Source: Candidatus Latescibacterota bacterium
GTDB taxonomy: Bacteria; Latescibacterota; UBA2968; GCA-2709665
Direction of reading: 5' to 3'
DNA: 64,000 bases
Assembly: GCA_965226795.1 (NCBI GenBank)
Contig: CBDDDZ010000005.1
Location: 864,001 to 928,000 of the forward strand
In this document: positions 1 to 8,776 of the stretch, in pieces
How the letters are laid out: each line of letters opens with the position of its first letter
Numbering within the stretch: position 1 is the first letter of the stretch
Translations under genes and position numbers: made by a program
Notes under the pieces: generated by a model
What the model was told of the DNA's origin: nothing
What the model saw: the letters and a program-made list of their open reading frames with translations, nothing else
Database searches by the model: none

Positions 1-780
1 GGACTCGTAAAAATCGTCCAGACGTTCCTGCAACTTCGTCTCGGATATTTCCAGCAGTGCGGCTAGATAGGGGTCGCCCAGGAAGGCTCTGGAAAGCGTT
101 ACGAGGAGGACCCGGGCTTTGCGGGCATGCCGCCTTGCTGTCTCGGGATCTGATCTGAGCCTTGCGGCATGGACGGCTTCGCCCAGGCGATGGAGCACGT
201 TGCCGGATAAATCTCGGAGGGTATTCATCCAGCAGAGGGCTTTGAAAAAAAAGGCATTGGTGGGTTCGACATAACCGTGGGCCTCGCCGTCCCAGTGGTC
301 CCAGGGTATTCCATCGTGCGCCTGGCTCCAGGCCTCGTCGTGGTCCTCGCGCCACACGTCGTCCGTGGGAAAGCAGCCGTCTCCGTTGTCCGGGTACCGG
401 GGGTTGGGATAAAAGGCGTATTCATGGCCGGCTGCCTTGCAATACGGACAGTGAAGCCGCCACGGGTCATCCAGGGACCAGTCGAAGTAGCTGTAGTACC
501 GTACCTGGAAAGGATGGATGGGACAGGCGCAGGTATAGATGCCGCGCGGCTCCCGATGCCAGATCGTATCCAGGTACCAGGCATCGGATTTAGCGGACCA
601 TTTTTCGGCGATAGCGAGTGACGCTTCTGCCCACGAGCGGATCTCCTCGTCTCCGGCTGCGTATCGGCGGCGGATCTCGTCAATGGAAGAGGCGCCAATC
701 CAGATGTTGGGCTGGTCGGGAAATGCGACAACGCGGTGACCCTTGTTTTCCGGGGGAGTCCAGGATGTGTTCACGGACAA
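1..780 (-). CDS. 5' part of a large protein running off the window edge; possibly heparinase II/III-like (polysaccharide lyase-type) N-terminal region with Cys motifs
   Basis: Not in the ORF track. Manual translation gives an open frame from TTG780/GTG774 to base 1 (NTSWTPPENKGHRVVAFPDQPNIW...TCACPIHPF...FDWSLDDPWRLHCPYCK...YPNPRYPDNGDG...LDDFYES), with GGAG upstream. Product call is from recalled motif similarity only. Confidence 0.7.
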   Translation of the reverse strand, partial: MSVNTSWTPPENKGHRVVAFPDQPNIWIGASSIDEIRRRYAAGDEEIRSWAEASLAIAEKWSAKSDAWYLDTIWHREPRGIYTCACPIHPFQVRYYSYFDWSLDDPWRLHCPYCKAAGHEYAFYPNPRYPDNGDGCFPTDDVWREDHDEAWSQAHDGIPWDHWDGEAHGYVEPTNAFFFKALCWMNTLRDLSGNVLHRLGEAVHAARLRSDPETARRHARKARVLLVTLSRAFLGDPYLAALLEISETKLQERLDDFYES

Positions 781-835
781 TCGGTCTCCAGTCGGATCTG
801 AAAAAATGCCATCGCGGAATCCTACGGTGCCAACT

Positions 836-857
836 GACGCCCCGGACGCGGGGCGTC
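836..857. terminator. GC-rich hairpin, possible terminator or processing stem downstream of the DegT gene
   Basis: GACGCCCCG-gacg-CGGGGCGTC perfect 9-bp stem; only a weak U-tract on either side. Confidence 0.35.
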
Positions 858-1000
858 GTTTACGGAGTTCCGGATGATGGGTTGCGGGGAGAGGACGCGT
901 CGTCGTGCCTGCCACGTAGGTTACGGCAGAACTGAGGGTCGTCTCTTCTGGTCGACTATTGCCGGTAGAAGTCGCCGACTACCTGCTGGAGACGTCTGGC

Positions 1001-2290
1001 TCAGGCAGCCGCATCGGCCGCGATTTCCGCGAGGCGTTCGCCGTGATGCGCCACTTTTGCAAAGGCCGAGGCAACCTGATCCACCCACGCCGGGCTGGGG
1101 TCCACCGGTGTGGACAGCCAGAAGCATGAGTCGTGGATGCGTTCGCTGATCGGCAGATCACCGGGGCTATGCGGGATCCTAGTGTCCTGGGGCAGGTCTC
1201 CCCACGGCCCGCCGAGGTCGTCGAACGGGAAATCGTTGAAGAGCGGTTCCAGATGCATCGCCCCGTAACCGAAGGGAGTAATTGCCGGAGTCGTCGCCAC
1301 ACCCTCCGCCACAAGGGCTTTCAGGATGACGGAAACCGGCGCGCCGATTTCGCCTGGATCGATAAGGCCGGTATACAGAAGGAGGCCTCCCCGAACCGCC
1401 TGCGGGTAAGTCTCCTGAGGGTGTACGCCTCTGACGGATTCCAGTTGGCTGCTTAGCCGGCCGAACCAGGCGCGTCTTTTTTCGTTCAATCCGGGCAACC
1501 GTTCAAGCTGCGCGCGCGCCATCGCGATACCCAGGGGGTTCGCCCGGTATTTTATGCCCAGGCCCATGTTCCGGAGGGCCCGGAACCTTTCGGTGACAAA
1601 ATCCTTCTCGCATCTTCCGTAGTGGCCAAGGGCCAGCATGCGGTCGTAGAGGTCCCCGTCGTCGGTCACGACCACACCCGCTTCGATCCCCGTGACCGGT
1701 TTGCTCCCTTGCAGGCTGAAGCAGCCGATGTGACCGAGAGAGCCGACGGGATTGCCGTTCCAGAGGGCGCCGTGGGCGTGCGACGCATCTTCAATGAGGG
1801 TGATGTCGGTTCCGTCGACGAGATCCCGAAAAGCGTCCATATGTGCGGGGTTGCCGTATACGTGGGTAACGATGATGGCGCACGTGTTCTTCGTGATTCG
1901 ACTCTCGGCGTCATTGGGATCTGCGCAGAAGGAACCGGGATCCGCGTCGCAAAAGACGGGCGTTGCGCCGCAGTGCAGAATGGGCGTGATGCTGGCGTGC
2001 CACGTGACGGAGGGCACGATCACCTCTCTGCCGATTCGGGCACCGGAAGCGAAGACGGCCGAGTGCAGGGCCGCCGTACCATTGCAGGTGGCGATGGCGA
2101 ATTTCGTTCCGGTGAAAGCACGGAATTCTTCCTGGAAACGGTCAATCTGGGTATAGGATTCACCCATACCACCTTCGAGAACGCTGAGGACGGATTGTTT
2201 CTCCAGCCCCGTTATGGTTCTCCAACCCTCGTCCTGTGGCTCGGTTACCGCCGGGGGGCCGCCGTCGAGTGCCAGGTCCGATTTTGACAT
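1001..2290 (-). CDS. DegT/DnrJ/EryC1/StrS family PLP-dependent aminotransferase
   Basis: NGTAALH, IEDASHAHGA, FSLQGSKPVTGIEAG (PLP lysine) motifs. Confidence 0.92.
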   Translation of the reverse strand: MSKSDLALDGGPPAVTEPQDEGWRTITGLEKQSVLSVLEGGMGESYTQIDRFQEEFRAFTGTKFAIATCNGTAALHSAVFASGARIGREVIVPSVTWHASITPILHCGATPVFCDADPGSFCADPNDAESRITKNTCAIIVTHVYGNPAHMDAFRDLVDGTDITLIEDASHAHGALWNGNPVGSLGHIGCFSLQGSKPVTGIEAGVVVTDDGDLYDRMLALGHYGRCEKDFVTERFRALRNMGLGIKYRANPLGIAMARAQLERLPGLNEKRRAWFGRLSSQLESVRGVHPQETYPQAVRGGLLLYTGLIDPGEIGAPVSVILKALVAEGVATTPAITPFGYGAMHLEPLFNDFPFDDLGGPWGDLPQDTRIPHSPGDLPISERIHDSCFWLSTPVDPSPAWVDQVASAFAKVAHHGERLAEIAADAAA

Positions 2291-2440
2291 ATCCCGCGTT
2301 CTCCCAGATGTCTATACGTGTGAACCGCCAAAGATGCGTCAGGTGCGTCGCCCGGACAAACAGACGTCATCCCGTAATGGAAACAGTCTGTATACGCCAG
2401 TACACCCCGTGGGCGCGGGTTGCCAGTACCGTTGACGAAC

Positions 2441-2469
2441 ATAATAGCATGCGCGATACGAATTGTCAA
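2441..2469 (-). promoter_or_regulatory. sigma70-type promoter for the DegT gene
   Basis: Minus strand TTGACA (2469-2464), 17 nt, TATTAT (2446-2441), preceded by TGn. Confidence 0.6.
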
Positions 2470-2492
2470 AGTGGATGGCGACCGGTCGAAGC

Positions 2493-2521
2493 TTGACAGC
2501 CGTACCGATGTGTGTTATATA
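2493..2521 (+). promoter_or_regulatory. sigma70-type promoter for the rhodanese/MauE genes
   Basis: TTGACA (2493-2498), 17 nt, TATATA (2516-2521), preceded by TGn; divergent from the DegT promoter. Confidence 0.55.
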
Positions 2522-2556
2522 TAGTCCGTACATTTCGTCCACGGGAGGCCTTTCAG

Positions 2557-3057
2557 ATGATTCGGTTCAGGTTGGTATTGAAGGCGGTCGTTATCCTGCT
2601 GGCGGGATCGGGCGTGGGCCTTGCTTACAACGCCCTCTCCGCCTCCGGCATTCCACTTCGGACACCCGGGAACCTGACGCCATCGGAACATGTGAACTGG
2701 AGCCTGTACCTGGAGGGAATCCGCGCAGGTCTTTCCGACGCGAAAGCGGCCTTCGACTCCGGGTCTGTCATATTTCTGGACGCTCGCATTCCACGCGTCT
2801 ATGCGGCCGGACATATTCCGGGCGCGGTGAATCTGACGCCTCACGATCTCAGCCGGGGTGACAGGCAAAAGCTCGAGGGTGTTCCCAGGGACGCTCGTAT
2901 CATCACGTACTGTGGGGGCGCCAAATGTCAAGCCAGCGTTCGACTGGCGCATTTGCTCACGAACGGACTGGGATTTACTAAGGTCCGGACATTCTTCGAT
3001 GGTTGGGGGGCATGGGTCGGTGCCGGGTATCCGGTAACGACGGGGGTAGACCCATGA
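2557..3057 (+). CDS. Membrane-anchored or exported rhodanese-like domain protein
   Basis: FLDAR...Y.AGHIPGAVNL, active loop YCGGAKCQAS, FFDGWGAW..AGYPV; N-terminal hydrophobic helix; GGGAGG before ATG2557. Confidence 0.88.
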   Translation: MIRFRLVLKAVVILLAGSGVGLAYNALSASGIPLRTPGNLTPSEHVNWSLYLEGIRAGLSDAKAAFDSGSVIFLDARIPRVYAAGHIPGAVNLTPHDLSRGDRQKLEGVPRDARIITYCGGAKCQASVRLAHLLTNGLGFTKVRTFFDGWGAWVGAGYPVTTGVDP

Positions 3058-3512
3058 ATTGGGCCCGATATGGAGTCCCGGTCGTTCTGCGCCTCGTCGT
3101 GGGCGGGGTGTTGATCTGGGCCGGGCTGGCCAAGGTGTCGGAGCCGGCGCTGTTTGCCGTGACGGTGCGGGCATACAACCTGCTTCCCGTGGCGTTCATT
3201 AACGGGTTTGCCGTGGTTGTGCCCTGGATGGAAATCGCCGCCGGGGTGTGCCTGTTGGCGGGATTCTGGTCGCGTAGCGCCGCGCTTGCCGCCCTGGCGT
3301 TGCTCTCGTCGTTCGGCGTCGCAATAGCGATAAACATTTACCGCGGCGCAAATCTCGACTGTGGCTGCTTTGGATTGGACGGCACCCGCGGCTCACTTAA
3401 TGCGGCGCTCGTGCAGGACCTGTTGCTGATCGGATGTTCGCTGGTGTTGTTGTTTGTGCGCAATATGCCGCTTTCGCTGGATCGGCGTCTTTTCAAGGTT
3501 GCCGACACGTAG
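3054..3512 (+). CDS. MauE/DoxX family membrane protein
   Basis: LRLVVGGVLIWAGLAK, PWMEIAAG, DCGCFG motif; ATGA overlap with the rhodanese stop. Confidence 0.88.
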   Translation: MNWARYGVPVVLRLVVGGVLIWAGLAKVSEPALFAVTVRAYNLLPVAFINGFAVVVPWMEIAAGVCLLAGFWSRSAALAALALLSSFGVAIAINIYRGANLDCGCFGLDGTRGSLNAALVQDLLLIGCSLVLLFVRNMPLSLDRRLFKVADT

Positions 3513-3636
3513 GTGGCATGGCCTGCTGAAAAACTCAGTTATCTGTATTGGCGTGTTCGGGAGCGGCGCCGTGTGCCCACGGTTCCGCCTTTCTGATTTA
3601 AGGCAGGACGGATCGTCCCGTTTCGGGGGTTGAGCG

Positions 3637-6600
3637 ATGAGATACCTGGTGTTCGCGCTTGTGTTGGTCGGATTGTCCGCAGGGTGTGGAGAGCGGATGC
3701 CGGAACCCGGAAGCACGGCGTATCGGGAGGCGGTTGCGGATTTCTACGCCGGACTCGCGGCGCTGGACGTGGGCGCGCAGGACCGGGCCGCAGCCGCGCT
3801 GAAGCGGGTAACGGAAAACGTCCCCGGCGAGCCCGCGGGGTGGGCGAACCTGGCTTTGTCGCAGTTTTCGATGGGACGTGAGGAACAGGCCATGAGATCG
3901 TTGGAGCGCGCGCAGGGTCTCGCGCCGGAGAACGCGGAATTCGCGCTCCTGATGGGGGCATTCGAGAGCCGCCGCGGCCGTGCCGCCGAGGCGATTTTCC
4001 ACCTTCGGAGGGCGGTGAGCCTTGGCGGCCCCGGGCATCTGAAGGCGGGTTACGCGCTGGCGCGTGAACTTGAGCGGCAGGGAGATACGGGGGACGCGCT
4101 TGTGGTGGTGGTGCGGATGCTGGGAGAAACGCCGCGGAATCTGGCGCTGTTACTGGAACGGATCAGGCTGGCGGCGAAGGAGCACGATGCGGAAGGCCTG
4201 GGGGTTTCGGTTGCGCGCATCGCCGAGCGGACCGGACGATGGCCGAAAACGGCAAATGCACAGTTACAGGCGCTCATGGATGCCGGGTCGGATTTTCGCC
4301 TCGCGGCCACGCGTGCGGTGTTTTTGCACAACGTGCTGCTGCGTACGCCGGTCTTTCGCAGGGACCTGAGTCAGGTGCGCATTCCTGCTCAGGCGACGGG
4401 CGAGCCACTGCGGCGGTTCCTGAAAATGCAGAGTCCATCCGGCGATCCCGCGCCTGCGGATACGGCGCTTGCCTTTATTTCGGAGACGCTGGACAGCGCG
4501 GCGGGCGGCACGATGCTCGGCCTCGCCTGGGCGGATACCCCGGTTGTGCTTGCCGTAGCGGATGGTACCGTACGTTGGGTGGATCCATCGGGCCGGACCG
4601 TTCCATCGCCCGCATCCAGGCCGGTGGGCTCGTACGGTCTGCTCTCGGTGGACTGGGACAATGACTTCAGATCGGACCTTGTGGTGGCGGGAGAGGGAGG
4701 CATCCGCCTGTTTCGCCAGCGAGAGGACGGGAATTTCATGGATGTCACGGATCTGACCGGACTGGACGGGAGTGTGACCGATTCGGCGTATGTCGGCGCG
4801 TGGGCCGCGGACGTTGAGATGGATGGGGATCTGGATCTGGTAATCGGGGGGCTGAACGCCTGCCGGGTATTGCGAAACAACGGGGACGGCACGTTTGGAG
4901 TCGCGCAGCCTTTTGAGGGCGTGTCGGGCATGCGTGCGTTCGAGTGGACGGATCTTGACGGGGACGGGGTTCCGGATGCGGCGTTGGTGGACAACATGGG
5001 TCGACTTGTTGTGTATTTCAACCAGCGCAGCGGGTTGTTCGAGCGTTCGTACGAGGGTGAGGACGAGGTTCACGCGCTTGTGTCGGGAGACGTGGATGGC
5101 GACGGGAGTCTGAACCTGATAATCCTGGGTAAACACGGGCAGGTTGCGTTGATTTCGCACCACGATGGCCGGTGGGATTTCAGGGAACTGTTCAGGGCGA
5201 AGACTTCCGGGACGCCGGTGCGTCTGTTTACGGCCGATATGGACAATAACGGGCAACTGGACCTGATTCTCAGCGGCGGAGTCGACGGAGGGTATTGGCT
5301 GGGGGATACTGAAGGTGCCTGGCGACACAAGGCCCTGCCGAACGGGGTTCGGGTCTTCGAGATCTCGGACCTGACCGGAGACGGACGCCTGGATCTGCTT
5401 GGACTCTCTGAAGACGGCCGGCCGCAGCTGCTGGTGAACCGGGGAAAACGTACCTACCACTGGCAGGTCGTGCGGCCGCGGGTGCGTGCGGTCCAGGGAG
5501 ACGGGAGGATCAATTCATACGCGCTGGGCGGGGAGGTGTTGTTGCGGTCCGGGCTTCTGGCCCAGCGCCGGGCAATTCGGACTCCTGTGGTTCATTTCGG
5601 TCTGGGCGAATACAACCTGGCGGATGTGGTGCGGGTACAGTGGCCGAATGGAACCATACAGGCAGAGTTCGACGTGGAGTCCGATCAGATCGTTCTGGCG
5701 CAGCAGCGCCTGAAAGGGTCCTGCCCTTGGGTGTTCGCATTCAATGGCGAAGAAATGGCCTTTGTTAAAGACTTTCTGTGGCGCTCCCCGCTGGGGATGC
5801 GGATCAACGCCCAGGTGACGGCGGGGGTGTCTCAGACGGAGGACTGGATTCTTATCCGGGGAGATGAACTGGCCTCGCGGGACGGATTCTATGAAATCCG
5901 CATCACGTCTGAATTGTGGGAGACCGAATTTGTGGATTGGGTTGAGTTGATGGTCGTGGACCATCCGGCGGACGTGGCGGTGTTTGTGGACGAACGGTTT
6001 GCGAAGCGACAGCCGGAACTGAAGGTGATTCCAACGGGAACACCTGTGGCGCTCCGTGCGGCACGGGACGAAGCCGGGCAGGATGTGACGGCGCGGGTAG
6101 AAGCGAGAGACCGCCGCTATATCGACTCGTTTGACGTAGGACGATACCAGGGCGTCGCGGCGGACCACTGGGTTGAAGTAGATCTGCCTCGCGCGGCAGT
6201 TGAGGGTGGGGGGTGGTTGATCGGTTACGGATGGATCTATCCCACGGATAGTTCGCTCAACGTCGCGATGGGTCATGGCGCGCATGCGCGGCCCCAGGGG
6301 CTGCGTCTGGACGCGCTGCGAAGCGACGGAACGTGGGAAACCGTGGCTTCGAATCTGGGTTTTCCCGCCGGGAAGTTCAAGACGATTGCGATCGATCTGT
6401 CGGGTGTGAAGTCCAGCCGGTTGCGCCTCCGGACGAATCTGGAGATCTACTGGGATTGGCTTGCATGGGCGGCCCCCGCGGACGGCGCGCAACTGCGAGC
6501 CCGCCGCATCAGATCTCAGACAGCGGCGTTGAGGGGCCGCGGGTTCTCAGAGGTCTCGCAACCGGATCGGCGTTCTCCCGACGTCCCTCTGTATTCGTCC

Positions 6601-6993
6601 CCGGTCAATACCGCGCCACAGTGGTGGGACCTTAGGGGATATCACACCCGCTTCGGAGACGTGCGCCCGCTGCTTGCGGACGTGGACGATCGGTATATGA
6701 TCATGAACGCCGGGGATGAGCTCGTCTTGCGGTTTCCTGTTCCGGGCCCGCCCCCGGACGGGTGGATGAGGGATTTTGTGCTGATGGGAGACGGTTGGGT
6801 GAAAGACGGGGACTACAATACGGCGTTTTCCAAAACGGTGCTGCCGCTGCCATCGCACGCCTGGTCGTCGTACGAAACGCCGCCCGGCCGGCTCGAGGAT
6901 GACCCCGTCTACCGCCGTAATCGTGCAGATTGGCAGGAATTCCACACCCGGTACGTCACGCCGGAGATTTCAGGGATGCATGCCGGCAGATAG
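3637..6993 (+). CDS. Lipoprotein with TPRs, FG-GAP/VCBS repeats, ASPIC/UnbV domain and a conserved C-terminal region
   Basis: Lipobox LSAGC; TPR-like helices; repeated DxDxDGxxD motifs; VHFGLG...VRVQWPNG; KGSCP...GDGWVKDGDYNT. Confidence 0.88.
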   Translation: MRYLVFALVLVGLSAGCGERMPEPGSTAYREAVADFYAGLAALDVGAQDRAAAALKRVTENVPGEPAGWANLALSQFSMGREEQAMRSLERAQGLAPENAEFALLMGAFESRRGRAAEAIFHLRRAVSLGGPGHLKAGYALARELERQGDTGDALVVVVRMLGETPRNLALLLERIRLAAKEHDAEGLGVSVARIAERTGRWPKTANAQLQALMDAGSDFRLAATRAVFLHNVLLRTPVFRRDLSQVRIPAQATGEPLRRFLKMQSPSGDPAPADTALAFISETLDSAAGGTMLGLAWADTPVVLAVADGTVRWVDPSGRTVPSPASRPVGSYGLLSVDWDNDFRSDLVVAGEGGIRLFRQREDGNFMDVTDLTGLDGSVTDSAYVGAWAADVEMDGDLDLVIGGLNACRVLRNNGDGTFGVAQPFEGVSGMRAFEWTDLDGDGVPDAALVDNMGRLVVYFNQRSGLFERSYEGEDEVHALVSGDVDGDGSLNLIILGKHGQVALISHHDGRWDFRELFRAKTSGTPVRLFTADMDNNGQLDLILSGGVDGGYWLGDTEGAWRHKALPNGVRVFEISDLTGDGRLDLLGLSEDGRPQLLVNRGKRTYHWQVVRPRVRAVQGDGRINSYALGGEVLLRSGLLAQRRAIRTPVVHFGLGEYNLADVVRVQWPNGTIQAEFDVESDQIVLAQQRLKGSCPWVFAFNGEEMAFVKDFLWRSPLGMRINAQVTAGVSQTEDWILIRGDELASRDGFYEIRITSELWETEFVDWVELMVVDHPADVAVFVDERFAKRQPELKVIPTGTPVALRAARDEAGQDVTARVEARDRRYIDSFDVGRYQGVAADHWVEVDLPRAAVEGGGWLIGYGWIYPTDSSLNVAMGHGAHARPQGLRLDALRSDGTWETVASNLGFPAGKFKTIAIDLSGVKSSRLRLRTNLEIYWDWLAWAAPADGAQLRARRIRSQTAALRGRGFSEVSQPDRRSPDVPLYSSPVNTAPQWWDLRGYHTRFGDVRPLLADVDDRYMIMNAGDELVLRFPVPGPPPDGWMRDFVLMGDGWVKDGDYNTAFSKTVLPLPSHAWSSYETPPGRLEDDPVYRRNRADWQEFHTRYVTPEISGMHAGR

Positions 6994-7007
6994 GCATCGA
7001 GTTTACC

Positions 7008-8768
7008 ATGTTACGTCGCACTGTCCATGGCATTCTGCTCGCTACCTTTGTGTTGCTTCTGGCGGTTTCCGTCGTCCGCAAATACGGTCTGTGGCCACCG
7101 AACGACAAAAAAGTGGCACACTATGGCTTTGCGCTCGAGGAAGTTGCCAGTACAAGCGGCATCGATTTCGTGCACGGCGGACCCACGCTCGATGTGAAGT
7201 TGAACCATATAATGCCACACGTCGCCGCGATGGGCGCGGCGGTGTCGGTGGCGGATTTCGACAGGGACGGCTGGCAGGATCTTTACGTGACCAACAGCGC
7301 GGAGGGTTCTGCGAATCGGCTGTACCGAAATCTCGGAAACGGACTGTTCGAAGACGTGGCTGAACGGATGGGAGTGGCGAATCTGAATCGCCCCGGGACA
7401 GGAATCTCCGTCGGCGCGGTCTGGGGGGACTACGACAACGACGGCTTCGAAGATCTTTTCGTGTACAAATGGGGTCGGCCGGAGTTGTTTCGCAACGAGG
7501 CCGGGCAGAGGTTCGCCCGGGTGAGCGAGGAGGCGGGGATGCCCCGTTGGATCAACGCGGGGAGCGCGATATGGCTGGACTACGATTGCGACGGGCGACT
7601 GGATCTGTTTGTGGCGGGTTACTGGCCGGATGGGCTGGATCTGTGGCGCCTGGAATCCACCCGCATGATGCCGGAGAGTTTCGAATATGCCGAGAACGGC
7701 GGTCGGAAGTACCTGTTGCGCAATAGGGGCGACGGGCGGTTCGAGGACGTTGCGGAACGGCTCGGCATTCGAAGCCGGCGCTGGACCCTTGCCGTGGCGG
7801 CAGCGGATCTGAACCGTTCCGGTTATCCGGATCTATTCCTGGCCAACGACTATGGCGTATCGGAACTTTACCGGAACCAGGGCGGCACGGCATTTGAAGA
7901 AATCGGGCGCCAGGCGGGCGTCGGATACCAGCCGAAAAGCGGAATGAACGCGGTATTCGGCGATGTGTTGAATCAGGGCCGACTGGCGATTTACGAGACC
8001 AATATTTCGGAGGCGGGGATACTGCTTCAGGGGAACAACCTCTGGGTCGCCCGCCCAGGCGAAGACCTGGCGTTCGAAAACCTCGCGCAGGTGATGGGCG
8101 TGGAACTGGGCGATTGGAGCTTCGGCGCGCAGTTCGGAGATCTCAACAACGACGGGCGGCTTGATCTGTACCTGACAAACGGGTATGTGTCCGCCTCGGA
8201 GTCGGAGAGCTACTGGTACGATTTCTCACAGGTTGCCGGCGGACACAGGGCGATTATTTCGGACGCGAAGAACTGGCCGGCGATGAAGGGACGCAGCCTC
8301 GCCGGCTATCAGAGAGCACGTGTGTGGGTGAACGACGGGATGGGGCGGTTTGAAGACGTGGCTCGTGAGGTTGGCGTACACGACCGGTTTGATGGGCGCG
8401 CGGTTGCTCTTGTGGATCTGTGGAACCGTGGGGTGCTGGACGTTGTTGTGGCCAATCAGCGCGGGCCGCTTCTGGTATACAGAAACACGGTGGCTCCGGA
8501 TAGACGGTGGATCGGGTTCGAACTGGCGGGCGGGAAGAGCAATCGCAGTGCGATCGGGGCGCAGGTAAGGCTGTTCTGGAACGGACAGGAGCAGATGCAG
8601 GAAGTGTCGGGAGGCAGCGGCTTCTCGTCGCAGAATCAGAGACGATTGCATTTCGGGCTCGGCGTCCGTCCAGTGCTGGAAAAGGTGGTTGTGACCTGGC
8701 CTTCGGGACGGAGCCGGACAATGGAAAACGTGGCGTTGAATGTGTACCACCGCGTTGTAGAACCGTAG
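7008..8768 (+). CDS. CRTAC1-family FG-GAP/ASPIC-UnbV protein (UnbV-like)
   Basis: DFDRDGWQDLYVTN, DYDNDGFEDLFV, SNRSAIGAQV, GSGFSSQNQRRLHFGLG, VTWPSG; N-terminal signal or anchor. Confidence 0.9.
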   Translation: MLRRTVHGILLATFVLLLAVSVVRKYGLWPPNDKKVAHYGFALEEVASTSGIDFVHGGPTLDVKLNHIMPHVAAMGAAVSVADFDRDGWQDLYVTNSAEGSANRLYRNLGNGLFEDVAERMGVANLNRPGTGISVGAVWGDYDNDGFEDLFVYKWGRPELFRNEAGQRFARVSEEAGMPRWINAGSAIWLDYDCDGRLDLFVAGYWPDGLDLWRLESTRMMPESFEYAENGGRKYLLRNRGDGRFEDVAERLGIRSRRWTLAVAAADLNRSGYPDLFLANDYGVSELYRNQGGTAFEEIGRQAGVGYQPKSGMNAVFGDVLNQGRLAIYETNISEAGILLQGNNLWVARPGEDLAFENLAQVMGVELGDWSFGAQFGDLNNDGRLDLYLTNGYVSASESESYWYDFSQVAGGHRAIISDAKNWPAMKGRSLAGYQRARVWVNDGMGRFEDVAREVGVHDRFDGRAVALVDLWNRGVLDVVVANQRGPLLVYRNTVAPDRRWIGFELAGGKSNRSAIGAQVRLFWNGQEQMQEVSGGSGFSSQNQRRLHFGLGVRPVLEKVVVTWPSGRSRTMENVALNVYHRVVEP

Positions 8769-8776
8769 GGGAACAA

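Noticed and set aside
3520..3537. GGCCTGCTGAAAAACTC resembling an IS terminal inverted repeat
   Set aside because: No partner end, target duplication or transposase seen; too short to support
3637..8768. Enediyne biosynthetic gene cluster
   Set aside because: Only UnbV-like genes are present; no PKSE, thioesterase, UnbL or UnbU
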